DNA from: an uncultured virus (IMG/VR IMGVR_UViG_3300037466_002408)
Taxonomy: Duplodnaviria; Heunggongvirae; Uroviricota; Caudoviricetes
DNA: 36,293 nucleotides
IMG/VR virus record: IMGVR_UViG_3300037466_002408
Reading direction: 5' to 3' (one strand)
Below the pieces are notes generated by a model. The model saw only the letters and a list, made by a program, of their open reading frames with translations. It searched no databases and had not been told where the DNA came from. Position numbers and translations under genes: made by a program. Shown piece after piece: positions 1 to 9,078 of this stretch (position 1 is the stretch's first letter; every line of letters starts with the position of its first letter).

Positions 1-2
1 TT

Positions 3-821
3 GAGGACTACCAACGCACCCTCAAGTTTGCGTACCTCTATGCTAAGACGGTGACTTTGGGCAAGACTCACTGGCCCGAGACTAACCGTGTTATGCTGCG
101 AAATCGCCGCATTGGAACCTCTCAGTCTGGTATTGCCCAATTCATTGCTAAGCGTGGCATTAGCGAATACATTCATTGGTGTGAGGACGGTTACAACACT
201 ATTCAGTATTACGACAAGGTGTATTCTGATTGGTTTGCTGTTCCTCTTTCAATCAAAACAACCTCAATCAAGCCTTCTGGCACCGTTAGCCTTCTAGCTG
301 GCGCTACCCCTGGTATGCATTTCCCTGAGTCGGATTTCTACATTCGCCGCATTCGCCTTGCCAAGAATTCGCCGCTACTAAAGCCCCTGCTTGACGCTGG
401 TTATCATGTTGAGCCCGCATTCGGTTCAGAGGATTCAACTGTTGTTGTTGAGATTCCTGTTGCTATTGGTGACGGTGTTCGTACAGTTGCTCAAGTCTCA
501 ATGTGGGAGCAATTGTCTCTCGCTGCATTGATTCAAAAGCATTGGGCTGACAATCAGGTTTCTTGCACTGTGACCTTTGACCCCAAGACCGAAGGTGATC
601 AGATTGCTCACGCGCTGAACTACTTCCAGTACCAGCTAAAGGGTGTCAGTTTCCTCCCTCGTCTAGAGAAGGGTGCTTATCGTCAGATGCCTTACGAGGC
701 CATTGATGATGCTACCTACTACGCTATGATGATGAAGCTGAAGCCGCTGGACTTCCAGGCTGTGATGGGTCAAGAGAACGAGCCCGAACGCGGTTGCAAC
801 AACGACTCTTGCGCTCTATAG
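3..821 (+). CDS. nrdJ: Class II (B12-dependent, monomeric RTPR-type) ribonucleotide reductase, C-terminal part; 5' end outside window
   Basis: Frame open from window start (EDYQRTLKFAYLYAKTVTL); RNRRIG, TSIKPSGTVSLLAG, WADNQVSCTVTF, YRQMPYE and C-terminal CxxxxC tail. Confidence 0.95.
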   Translation, partial: EDYQRTLKFAYLYAKTVTLGKTHWPETNRVMLRNRRIGTSQSGIAQFIAKRGISEYIHWCEDGYNTIQYYDKVYSDWFAVPLSIKTTSIKPSGTVSLLAGATPGMHFPESDFYIRRIRLAKNSPLLKPLLDAGYHVEPAFGSEDSTVVVEIPVAIGDGVRTVAQVSMWEQLSLAALIQKHWADNQVSCTVTFDPKTEGDQIAHALNYFQYQLKGVSFLPRLEKGAYRQMPYEAIDDATYYAMMMKLKPLDFQAVMGQENEPERGCNNDSCAL

Positions 822-828
822 GTGAAAT

Positions 829-1101
829 ATGAAGTTAGTTGATTTTTATGCAACTTGGTGCCCGTATTGTATGGAGTTGATGCCAGAGATTGATGCTCTG
901 GCTCACGCCAACCCGCGCAAGGTTGAAGTTCAAAAGATTAACGTTGGTAGTAGAGAAACTGCCAAGGCTTATAAGCAAGTTATGAATTTGAATTGTCTTC
1001 CAACTGTCATCCTTTACGACGAAGACGACGAAGAGATTGACCGCTGGGATGCCGATATGGAAATGTCGTTCCAAGCTTTCATTGACGGATACGTAAAGTA
1101 G
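829..1101 (+). CDS. trxA: Thioredoxin (probable RNR reductant)
   Basis: DFYATWCPYC active site, LPT cis-Pro motif; directly follows nrdJ. Confidence 0.9.
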   Translation: MKLVDFYATWCPYCMELMPEIDALAHANPRKVEVQKINVGSRETAKAYKQVMNLNCLPTVILYDEDDEEIDRWDADMEMSFQAFIDGYVK

Positions 1102-1106
1102 ACACT

Positions 1107-1132
1107 GAGCCCCTTCGGGGGCTCTTTTTTTT
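1107..1132 (+). terminator. Intrinsic terminator
   Basis: GAGCCCC-TTCG-GGGGCTC followed by T8. Confidence 0.95.
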
Positions 1133-1142
1133 GCCCCAAAAC

Positions 1143-1196
1143 GTTACAAAGCGTTACAAACTCTCGCTTGGCCGGGACTCTTCGTTTGGCTACTAT
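1143..1196 (+). promoter_or_regulatory. Sigma70-like promoter with upstream tandem GTTACAAA box
   Basis: GTTACAAA-GC-GTTACAAA (1143-1160), TTGGCC (1168)-17 nt-TACTAT (1191). Confidence 0.7.
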
Positions 1197-1218
1197 AGAT
1201 ACAGAAAGAGAGGGCGAA

Positions 1219-1401
1219 ATGCTTACGTTTCTGACGGTCATGGGTATTGGCTTGGTTGTTTTTGCTTTAGCTGTTCTATTTGGTTTTTTGGTAGAAAAAA
1301 CTAACGGATTTATTTTATTTACTCTAATTGTGCTTATGGCTATCTTTGCATTTGGTATTGCCGGATACTCTCTTGTGTTCGGTCATGCGCCTCAATTTTA
1401 G
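1219..1401 (+). CDS. Small two-TM membrane protein
   Basis: ATG 1219 after GAGGG; two hydrophobic segments. Confidence 0.75.
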   Translation: MLTFLTVMGIGLVVFALAVLFGFLVEKTNGFILFTLIVLMAIFAFGIAGYSLVFGHAPQF

Positions 1402-1409
1402 GAGAGAAG

Positions 1410-1571
1410 ATGTTTAAAATCGGTGATTACGTTTATATCACTACCGACAACAAAAATGGTCGAGTGAGTGGTATTTCCGCCAACTTTAAAACTGGCGAAA
1501 CCAATTACGAAGTTAATATTGGCGAAGGTACGTTTTTGTATTCAGAGAAGGAATTGAAGAGTGTCGTTTGA
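1410..1571 (+). CDS. 53-aa hypothetical protein, SH3/KOW-like (MFKIGDYVY...)
   Basis: Read manually; GGAG RBS, fills gap between neighbours. Confidence 0.75.
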   Translation: MFKIGDYVYITTDNKNGRVSGISANFKTGETNYEVNIGEGTFLYSEKELKSVV

Positions 1572-2166
1572 AGTTGGCAATAACGTTCGTCTTTATAGCG
1601 TGGAATTTCCAGAACTAAATATGGTTGATGGTGTGGTCAAAGAAGTGGTGGATAACGATGCCTCTGGTTGGTCAAACCCTTATCTAGTTCATGATCACGA
1701 CGGTAATTATCTTGGTTATTTTGAATATTGGGATATGACTGAATCGCCGGAGCTAACCGTCGAGCTAGTCCGCGAAAATGCCAAGGTGCCAACTTACGGT
1801 GACGGCTATGCTGCCGGAATGGATATTTACGCCACCGAGTCTTTCACCATTCCCCCTCGTTCCAAGGTGAACGTCCCGAGTGGTATCAAGTGTGTAATTC
1901 CCAATGGTCACTATCTAATCATTCAGTCTCGTTCTGGTACTGCCTGGAAGAATGCAATCGAGGCGAGCAATGCTGGTGTTATCGACCAGAATTACCGCAA
2001 GGAAATTGGTGTAATTCTCTACAACAACTCAGATGTACCCTACCACGTTGTTCAAGGCGACCGCATTGCTCAGATGATTCTTCAGAAGTTTGAGCGAGCC
2101 AACATCATTCAGGGCACCGTTGAGGACACCACCCAGAGGGGCGGTTTTGGGAGTACAGGTAAGTAA
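1561..2166 (+). CDS. dut: Trimeric dUTPase with ~60-aa N-terminal extra domain
   Basis: Motifs AGMDI, SRSG, GVIDQNYR, GDRIAQ, RGGFGSTG. Confidence 0.95.
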   Translation: MSFEVGNNVRLYSVEFPELNMVDGVVKEVVDNDASGWSNPYLVHDHDGNYLGYFEYWDMTESPELTVELVRENAKVPTYGDGYAAGMDIYATESFTIPPRSKVNVPSGIKCVIPNGHYLIIQSRSGTAWKNAIEASNAGVIDQNYRKEIGVILYNNSDVPYHVVQGDRIAQMILQKFERANIIQGTVEDTTQRGGFGSTGK

Positions 2167-2167
2167 A

Positions 2168-2443
2168 ATGCCAGAAATCAAACTACCCAAGGAAGTAATG
2201 CTGGACATTCTCAATGGCGATTCCGACGATGGCGAACTTATCAAGGATAAGATTTACGACACCACACGCTGGTCGGAGTTGCACGAAATTGTCTTCAAGT
2301 ATAAGGACAAGTTCTATTTGGCGACTTACTCCAAGGGTTTGACTGAATATCAAAACGAATACCCTTGGGACTACGACAATGAAGTTGAATGCGCTGAGGT
2401 AGTCCAAAAGGAAGTTGTTGTTAAGAAGTGGGTGAAGGCGTGA
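2168..2443 (+). CDS. Hypothetical phage protein
   Basis: ATG 2168 right after dut stop; RWS..E.VF and G.TEYQ pattern. Confidence 0.75.
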   Translation: MPEIKLPKEVMLDILNGDSDDGELIKDKIYDTTRWSELHEIVFKYKDKFYLATYSKGLTEYQNEYPWDYDNEVECAEVVQKEVVVKKWVKA

Positions 2444-2703
2444 CGGAAACTAAAGTCTATAAAATCCGCCGAAAGTCAGATGGCTTTTTCTCAGGTGGCG
2501 GCATGCATCCAAGTTTCTCTAAAAAGGGAAAGGTTTGGAGCAATCTTCAGGCTCTCCGCTCCCACATCACTCTTGTTAAAAAGAACAATGGTCTTGATGT
2601 GAAATATTGGAGTAATCTTTGGGGTCCACCGCCCGAGTATCCCTACAAGAATTGTGAATTGATTGAATATATCGGCCAAGAAAATATTATTGAGGAACTG
2701 TAA
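2440..2703 (+). CDS. Hypothetical phage protein
   Basis: GTGA overlap with upstream gene. Confidence 0.7.
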   Translation: MTETKVYKIRRKSDGFFSGGGMHPSFSKKGKVWSNLQALRSHITLVKKNNGLDVKYWSNLWGPPPEYPYKNCELIEYIGQENIIEEL

Positions 2704-2825
2704 TGCTTGAGCAATTTCTAAATTACTGGCTTGGTCCAAACATCACTCAAGTTGTGACTATTTTTACAGTATTTTTTCTTATCGCTGTATTTCTAGTACA
2801 TATGGTTAAGGCGGCTGTGAAGTAA
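2703..2825 (+). CDS. 40-aa single-TM protein
   Basis: TAATG coupling at both ends; MLEQFLNYWLGPNITQVVTIFTVFFLIAVFLVHMVKAAVK. Confidence 0.65.
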   Translation: MLEQFLNYWLGPNITQVVTIFTVFFLIAVFLVHMVKAAVK

Positions 2826-3475
2826 TGATTATTGCAATTACTGGCCCTGCCGGAAGCGGCAAAGATACGCTCGCTGAAAACATTGTCAAGAATCTCGGTT
2901 ATGTTCAATCCTCGTTCGCTGGTCCGCTAAAAGAGTTTTGCGAGAAGGTGCTTGGCCGTCCTCTGGACAAGGGGACCGAGAGAGATTTGCTAATTTATGT
3001 TGGCGAATATCTCAAGGGCCATAAAGCCCCGTTCCCCGAGATTCTGAAGAACAACAATCAAATTCTTCTAGAGCTAAGCATTCAAATTGCTCTGCTTGTT
3101 GAGACTCAGAAGAATTACTACAAAAACAAACCTTTTCAAGATTCTTTCTGGGCTGAAATTTGGGCACAAGAAACCGAAGCGGGGATTGATACTGTGATTT
3201 CCGACATTCGCTTTCCTGCTGAATTTAAGTACCTACGTAATCAACAGAACGACGAGGTTGTTTTTGTCGAGTTAGTTTCCAGCCGAGAGAATTGCGAGAA
3301 GCGCCTTTTGCAGCGCGACGGCAAGATTCCCGAGGGTCTTTGGGAGAGCCGAGCGGAGAACGCTTGGAAGTCAGAGCGCAAAGACTTGTTTATTGATGTA
3401 GATATCTGCAAAACTCCAGATAAAGTGTTTTTTGAACTACATAAATTTCTAGTTGAGAAGGGTTATAATGTCTAA
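2825..3475 (+). CDS. Deoxynucleoside monophosphate kinase
   Basis: P-loop GPAGSGKDT, SFAGPLKE, ISDIRFPAE typical of phage dNMP kinases. Confidence 0.88.
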   Translation: MIIAITGPAGSGKDTLAENIVKNLGYVQSSFAGPLKEFCEKVLGRPLDKGTERDLLIYVGEYLKGHKAPFPEILKNNNQILLELSIQIALLVETQKNYYKNKPFQDSFWAEIWAQETEAGIDTVISDIRFPAEFKYLRNQQNDEVVFVELVSSRENCEKRLLQRDGKIPEGLWESRAENAWKSERKDLFIDVDICKTPDKVFFELHKFLVEKGYNV

Positions 3476-4682
3476 GAAATTTGACAAGAATTGGCTAATC
3501 CGCGCACTAATCACGCGCATTCTAACGGACAAGATTATTCCTGAACTCAAGTACAAGCCTGAGTTTTTTGGCGATTATCAGCGCCTTATCCAAAAGATTG
3601 TTGAGCGTCGAACTGATCTGCCATCTTTGGAGTATGTCTGTAAGACTTACACTTTTGAGGCGACCGACACCGAGCTAACTCTAACCGATCTAACGACTGA
3701 GCTTAACAAATTTTATTTCGAAGAGGGTGCAGCTTCAACCATTCAAAAGCTAGTTGAAGAAGCCAAGCGTCAAAACATTGACCCCATTGAAATGCTGGAC
3801 CGCACCACCAAGGAATTCAATGGAATTCGCCATGCAATCAGCCGTGCTTACTCCATCAACCTCACTGATGACGTGGACAAGATTGGCGAAGAGTATGTGC
3901 GCGTGTCCGAGGGCGGCTCATTCGTTAAGACTGGTTTTAAACCTTTTGACGACATTGTTTGCCCTAAGACTGGAAATCTTGTGATTCTTTGCGCCCCAAC
4001 AAAGGGCGGCAAAACAACCACAATGGTTAAAATGCTTACCAATTGTCTTGAACAGGGTGTTGATTCTCTCTATTTCAGCCTTGAAATGGGATTGATTGAG
4101 ATTACCAATCGCATTTTGACCAACACTTCTGAATACAATTTCCGCCAATTGCACTTCGGCAAGGTTCCCGTTGAGGATTACAAGGCAGAGATTAAGAAAT
4201 ATAAGGGTAAGGCCAAGGTTGATATCGTCACCAAGCAATCTGAGGCCCGCATTGATATTCCCACTATTGAGCGGTACATCATCGAGAAAAAGCCCAAGAT
4301 TGTTTTCATTGACTATTTGAGCCTCATTGATGGCGCTAACCAAGCCTGGGACGCTGCCGTTTCTCCCCCGGCTGAGTTGAAGTCAATCGCCCTACGAGAA
4401 GACGTACTAATCATTCTCGCCGCTCAGGCTGACACTGAGACAATGAAGGGCTCTGAGGTTCCCAAGATGACGAACCTTCGCGGTAACAAGGGTCATGCTT
4501 TCGATTGTGATGTGTTCCTCGGCGTTCGCGGTATGCCTTACCTCCTGAACGATGGCGATGATTCGTTCCGCTATGCCTTTGAGGTTTCAGGCTCCCGAAA
4601 CGGTGGTATGCCAGAGTGGACAATGCGCGTGAAGCCTAATCGTGGCGATTGGCAGTACGACGACGAAAATGGAGATAACTAA
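3468..4682 (+). CDS. dnaB: DnaB-like replicative helicase
   Basis: Walker A APTKGGKTT, FSLEM, FIDYL, AAQ motifs. Confidence 0.9.
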   Translation: MSKKFDKNWLIRALITRILTDKIIPELKYKPEFFGDYQRLIQKIVERRTDLPSLEYVCKTYTFEATDTELTLTDLTTELNKFYFEEGAASTIQKLVEEAKRQNIDPIEMLDRTTKEFNGIRHAISRAYSINLTDDVDKIGEEYVRVSEGGSFVKTGFKPFDDIVCPKTGNLVILCAPTKGGKTTTMVKMLTNCLEQGVDSLYFSLEMGLIEITNRILTNTSEYNFRQLHFGKVPVEDYKAEIKKYKGKAKVDIVTKQSEARIDIPTIERYIIEKKPKIVFIDYLSLIDGANQAWDAAVSPPAELKSIALREDVLIILAAQADTETMKGSEVPKMTNLRGNKGHAFDCDVFLGVRGMPYLLNDGDDSFRYAFEVSGSRNGGMPEWTMRVKPNRGDWQYDDENGDN

Positions 4683-4684
4683 AA

Positions 4685-5215
4685 GTGCCTAAGCTTGAAT
4701 ACGGTAAGACATATACTACTTATAATGGAACTAGATATCTTATGGTTCCTGACGACCAACTGCACAATTATGTCTTTTGCTATAGCGGCAATAAAGTTGA
4801 TCGTAGAGACAATAAAGGAATGGTTCGACCCTTCGTTGGCCTTGAAATTAAGGGCGACGGAAAGGTTGTTGGCTGGCAGGACTTCTCCGAAGACGGCATT
4901 GCTGGTTCTGGCAAATACGCGCAGCTTAACATTAAGTTTGAGCCTATTGTTGAGCCAGAACTCAAACAAAACCGAGGTGTTTACGGTCAATTCTCTAAGC
5001 TTGAGGAAGAATTTGCCGAAATGAAGGAAGCATATGAAAACTCGGATTCAATTGCTCTCCTAACAGAGTCATCTGATTTCATTGGTGCCCTTGAAGAATT
5101 CATTGAGAAGCAATTTCCTCCGCTAACTCTCAATGATCTAATTCTTCACTCTAACAACAAGAAGAAGGCGTATGCAGAAGGAAAGCTTGTCAACCGTGAC
5201 GGAACTGCTCGGTAA
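4685..5215 (+). CDS. Hypothetical protein with C-terminal MazG-like (all-alpha NTP pyrophosphatase) domain
   Basis: KLEEEFAEMKEA...E..D acidic pattern. Confidence 0.55.
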   Translation: MPKLEYGKTYTTYNGTRYLMVPDDQLHNYVFCYSGNKVDRRDNKGMVRPFVGLEIKGDGKVVGWQDFSEDGIAGSGKYAQLNIKFEPIVEPELKQNRGVYGQFSKLEEEFAEMKEAYENSDSIALLTESSDFIGALEEFIEKQFPPLTLNDLILHSNNKKKAYAEGKLVNRDGTAR

Positions 5216-5549
5216 AAGAGTTTACGTCTACCGTAATCTGCACAAGAATTGTTTCAGTGTGATGTTGGGCGGCAAAGTCGTCGCCCACGTCAACGAAATT
5301 CACCTGAAAGATGTTGAATTCAGAGTGCGAGAAAATGGCCGACAAAAAGTTCTCCGAGAGGGGAAGAAAAATGTTCATGCTTTTGTTATTGGCACAGTAA
5401 TTGAGCAGCCTGAGAATAACGACTTCCCGTTTGAAGTGACTTATAATCCATACAAAAACAAATCTTTTATGATGGAAGATTATGATGGTTTGTGGGCAAT
5501 TAAAAAAGAAGCTTATGTTCATTTAAGAAATAATAAGGTGTACGTATGA
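5196..5549 (+). CDS. Conserved hypothetical phage protein
   Basis: YRNLHK..FSV, KNVHAFV.G, YNPYK pattern recognisable from many phages. Confidence 0.75.
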   Translation: MTELLGKRVYVYRNLHKNCFSVMLGGKVVAHVNEIHLKDVEFRVRENGRQKVLREGKKNVHAFVIGTVIEQPENNDFPFEVTYNPYKNKSFMMEDYDGLWAIKKEAYVHLRNNKVYV

Positions 5550-5986
5550 CAGAGCGGGATAAGTTAATCGCCAAAATCAAAGACGACATTGATAAAGGAA
5601 TGCAAAAGTTTGTTGAGCGAAAATTCACCAAACCTACCAAAGAAGAAGTCTCTGAATATGTCAGCAAAACTCTTGAGAGATACCTTGGGTATTGCAAAGC
5701 TGAATTACCCGACCCGCCAGAGGAATTAGCCACTATCGGCCCCAATGGAAACATTGTAATCAATGTTCGCGCAATGGCCGCAATGCTTTACTGGTACGAG
5801 TCTAATGAACAAACCCGAGCAGAGCTAATGTTCAAGAAGATGTATGGGCAAAACGCATTAGAGAACGTTCAGTCTGTGGGTTTTTCGCCAGAGGGAGATT
5901 GGCAAGTTAAATTCTTGCATCCAGTTGAATACTTCCTCGTTACCCTTGAGACTTCAAAAGATGGAGTGAAAATTGTCGAAAACTAA
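5546..5986 (+). CDS. Hypothetical protein
   Basis: Overlap-coupled 146-aa ORF. Confidence 0.7.
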   Translation: MTERDKLIAKIKDDIDKGMQKFVERKFTKPTKEEVSEYVSKTLERYLGYCKAELPDPPEELATIGPNGNIVINVRAMAAMLYWYESNEQTRAELMFKKMYGQNALENVQSVGFSPEGDWQVKFLHPVEYFLVTLETSKDGVKIVEN

Positions 5987-6776
5987 CGTAAATCGAACCA
6001 GCACCCCTATTAAATGGGCGGGCGGTAAAAGCTGGATGGCTGATGAGGTCAACGAAATTTACCAGAATCACCGAGAGAAAACTTTCGTTGAGTTGTTTGC
6101 TGGCGGATTAGGTGTCAGCTTTGCCATCAAGCCTGAGCGCGTTCTAGCTGTCGATAAGAATTTCGATCTGATTCGTTTCTATAAGCGGCTCCAAGAGAAG
6201 CCTGTTTTTGATTTGGAAATGAAGAATGACGAAGAGACTTATTATCAGCATCGCCAACTCTTCAACGATATTCGCAAGAAGTTCACGCTTGAGAATGAGC
6301 AGTTAAAGGCTGAATTGTTCTATTACCTCAATCGCTGTGGGTACAACGGCTTATATCGCGTCAACAAGAAGAACGAATTCAACGTTCCTTACGGCAAATA
6401 CAAGTATTCAAACGCCAAGAACGACTTGACTGAGTATTCGGAAATCATCAAGCACTGGGAATTCATTTGCGGTGACTTTGAGCGTGTCCGTTTGCTAGAG
6501 GATGACTTTTTGTTCATTGACAGCCCATATGACACGGAGTTTACGGCCTATACTGACGATGGCTTTACCTACGATGATCAAGTCAGACTTCAAGATTGGT
6601 TGGTAACAAAGAAGAACCCCATGATTTCTACAAATCAGGCTACTCCGCGAATGATTGAGTTGTATGAAAAGTACGGCTGGAATATCGAGTATCTTTCACG
6701 CCCCCGCAATTTCCGCCGAGGTAAAGACCGCACTGAGGAAGGGAAGCGCGAGATCTTCGCCACCAAGAACCTATGA
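5973..6776 (+). CDS. dam: Dam-family (D12 class) DNA adenine methyltransferase
   Basis: KWAGGK, ELFAGG, YNGLYRVN..FNVPYG, motif IV DSPY. Confidence 0.9.
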   Translation: MSKTNVNRTSTPIKWAGGKSWMADEVNEIYQNHREKTFVELFAGGLGVSFAIKPERVLAVDKNFDLIRFYKRLQEKPVFDLEMKNDEETYYQHRQLFNDIRKKFTLENEQLKAELFYYLNRCGYNGLYRVNKKNEFNVPYGKYKYSNAKNDLTEYSEIIKHWEFICGDFERVRLLEDDFLFIDSPYDTEFTAYTDDGFTYDDQVRLQDWLVTKKNPMISTNQATPRMIELYEKYGWNIEYLSRPRNFRRGKDRTEEGKREIFATKNL

Positions 6777-7357
6777 AGTTTGACGTTATTACCCTCGACA
6801 CTCCATGGCCCTACTCTAAACCAGGGCCAGCAATGGGGAAGGCAGCAGAATCTCACTACAAGACAATGAAGCGAAAAGATATTCTGGAATTCACAGAAAT
6901 GCTTCATCTTGTTTGTGCCGATAACTGCGCCATCTTTACCTGGGAAGTTAATCCCAAGCGAAAACTCGCCAACGAAATGTTGACAATTATGGAGAAGCAC
7001 GGTTTCCATTATGCAACTAAAGCCTTCACCTGGATTAAGCTCGATAACAGCGGAAAACCCTATCGAAATATGGGTAACTACACCGCGTCCAACGAGGAGC
7101 CCTGCTACTTGTGGGTACGGGGCTCAATGCCCCCCGTTGCTAAGGTGGTTGATTCAGTCATCTTCACGCGAGGTAGAATGCCGCATTCGGCAAAGCCTGA
7201 GGAAGCTCAGGACCGCATAGAGCTTATGTATCCGCTCGATCGTTACAAACATTTAGAATTATTTGCCAGACGACAACGACCGGGCTGGACCGTAGCGGGG
7301 TATGGTATTGATGGCAAGGACATTCGCGATGCAATTAAAGAACTTTCTCAGCTTTGA
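6773..7357 (+). CDS. MT-A70 family adenine methyltransferase
   Basis: DTPW motif IV, HY.TM, FTWIK, HSAKPE, LELFARR..PGW. Confidence 0.9.
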   Translation: MKFDVITLDTPWPYSKPGPAMGKAAESHYKTMKRKDILEFTEMLHLVCADNCAIFTWEVNPKRKLANEMLTIMEKHGFHYATKAFTWIKLDNSGKPYRNMGNYTASNEEPCYLWVRGSMPPVAKVVDSVIFTRGRMPHSAKPEEAQDRIELMYPLDRYKHLELFARRQRPGWTVAGYGIDGKDIRDAIKELSQL

Positions 7358-7358
7358 C

Positions 7359-7387
7359 TTGTCCGGGACTCTTCAGACTGTTACGAT
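7359..7387 (+). promoter_or_regulatory. Sigma70-like promoter sharing spacer sequence with the 1168 promoter
   Basis: TTGTCC-GGGACTCTTCAGACTGT-TACGAT (17-nt spacer). Confidence 0.65.
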
Positions 7388-7436
7388 TGGTTGTGCGCTA
7401 GGGACTTTGGTTTTTCTGGCGATATGGAGAGGATAA

Positions 7437-7538
7437 ATGGTAGATTCTTCGATTTTTGTTTTTGGGTGTACAGTCTCATTCCTGATTGGCTATATTCTTT
7501 CAGGCTTACTTATTTTTGCTCTTGGGGCGCGATTTTAA
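7437..7538 (+). CDS. 33-aa membrane peptide
   Basis: GGAGAGG RBS; hydrophobic; stop abuts next ATG. Confidence 0.6.
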   Translation: MVDSSIFVFGCTVSFLIGYILSGLLIFALGARF

Positions 7539-7889
7539 ATGGCAAACGCTAACAACCTAATTAAAGCACGACAAAGAATTTTACAATATATCAAATTGAG
7601 CGGCGATGATGGTGTGGGATTTTATGAACTAGCGTCAATGCTTGGTATGAAATCTCACGGAGTTTTGAGTCATCTTGGTGCTTTGATTAAGCAAGGCTCC
7701 ATTCGCCGCCACCCTCAATACAATCATTACTTCTACATTGATGTACCATCACCGTACCTCACCAGCAATTCGCCAAACGTAACAGCAGTAGATCCAAATA
7801 CAGGTGTTAAATTCTCTAACGAATTCTCCCCATATGAGGAACACCTTTTCAATAAGTTCCTCGCACGTCTAGGATTACAGGTAAAGTGA
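7539..7889 (+). CDS. Winged-HTH DNA-binding protein (LexA N-domain-like)
   Basis: RQRILQYIK...ELASMLGMKSHGVLSHLGALIKQGSIRR. Confidence 0.7.
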   Translation: MANANNLIKARQRILQYIKLSGDDGVGFYELASMLGMKSHGVLSHLGALIKQGSIRRHPQYNHYFYIDVPSPYLTSNSPNVTAVDPNTGVKFSNEFSPYEEHLFNKFLARLGLQVK

Positions 7890-8782
7890 GCGAGCTTCTA
7901 ACTACCTTAAATGAATTGGGATTCAGGGGCAGAGCTAGTCGCTCTGGCGAAATGTCTCTAGCCTTCTGCCCGTTTCACGAACATTCGTATAGAAGCCCGT
8001 CCCTTCACATTAACGTAGAGAAGAAAGTTTTTAATTGCTTCTCCTGTGGTGAGAAGGGTCACATCAACAAAATCCTGAAACACTTTGGGATTTCGATGTT
8101 CGACAACATCAAATCTCATGAACAATTTGTTGATAAGCTTCAATCACTTCTTCTATTCAAAGATGAAGAAATCGCCCAAGAAGAATACCAACTTCCTGAT
8201 GTTAGTGAATTAAAGCAATTCCGTTACCTTCACCCCTACCTTCTAAAAAGGGGATTCTCACGGGAGATTTTGATTCAAAATCAGGTGGGATTCGACAAGC
8301 AAGCTTGTGCTGCGACAATTCCCGTTTTCCACAACGACACCTATTATGGTGTCATTCGTAGAACGGTCTTATCAGATGTACTCCCGAAGTACACCTATCC
8401 CCCCGGCTTCCCTAAACAGCGACTTTTGTATAGCCCAAAAGTAATTTCCGTTAGGGAAGCCGATGTTAAGCTTTATGGCGAGGGTAGCCTTGATGCCTTA
8501 AACGGTGCTGATAAAGGGTATTATACGGATGCGATCCTTGGTGCTCGGTTCTCAGATTCCCAAATTCAGGAGTTCGAAAGAGAGCCGCGCCGAAAGTTCC
8601 TCGCTCTGGACAACGACCCCGCAGGCCGCGCAGGAATCCAGGACATTTTAAGGAAAACCACTCTTTGGGATATTTGGATTTTTAATTTTCCCGAGGGGAA
8701 GAAAGACCTGGGAGAACTAACGGCAGACGAGATTTCCTGGGGCGTGGCAAATGCAAAACACCGATTTGATTTTGACCTGTAA
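7886..8782 (+). CDS. dnaG: DNA primase (CHC2 Zn finger + TOPRIM)
   Basis: CPFH...CFSC, EG..D, LDND..G, KD..E. Confidence 0.93.
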   Translation: MSELLTTLNELGFRGRASRSGEMSLAFCPFHEHSYRSPSLHINVEKKVFNCFSCGEKGHINKILKHFGISMFDNIKSHEQFVDKLQSLLLFKDEEIAQEEYQLPDVSELKQFRYLHPYLLKRGFSREILIQNQVGFDKQACAATIPVFHNDTYYGVIRRTVLSDVLPKYTYPPGFPKQRLLYSPKVISVREADVKLYGEGSLDALNGADKGYYTDAILGARFSDSQIQEFEREPRRKFLALDNDPAGRAGIQDILRKTTLWDIWIFNFPEGKKDLGELTADEISWGVANAKHRFDFDL

Positions 8783-8827
8783 AGGATTGTAACAAACGCT
8801 TGCATATGCTTGTCTGTTAGGTATAAT
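8776..8827 (+). promoter_or_regulatory. Sigma70-like promoter with reverse-oriented tandem box
   Basis: TTGCAT (8800)-16 nt-TATAAT (8822); minus strand GTTACAAT-CC-TTTACAGG at 8776-8793. Confidence 0.65.
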
Positions 8828-8853
8828 GGAAACATCAAGGGAGCAAACGAGAA

Positions 8854-9078
8854 ATGCCAAAGAAAAAGAAGAGTATCGAGGATGATATTCTGGGGCTGTA
8901 CAAGCAGGTACGAACCCGCCAGCGACCCCGTTCCACAACATTCGCAGACGGCGTGGATAAGTGGGAGAAGCGACAAAATCGCCGTCAAAACGATAAAGAT
9001 TTCATCAATGATGAAATTGAGTTATTCGAAGAACTTGATGAAGAGTTCGGCTTATTTGAAGAGGCTTGGAATGAGTAA
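8854..9078 (+). CDS. Hypothetical protein, basic N-terminus and acidic C-terminus
   Basis: ATG after GGGAG downstream of promoter. Confidence 0.7.
   Translation: MPKKKKSIEDDILGLYKQVRTRQRPRSTTFADGVDKWEKRQNRRQNDKDFINDEIELFEELDEEFGLFEEAWNE

Noticed and set aside
8810..9070. N-terminal extension of the 207-aa ORF
   Set aside because: It overlaps a promoter and the better-supported 8854-9078 gene; the real start is likely 9071.
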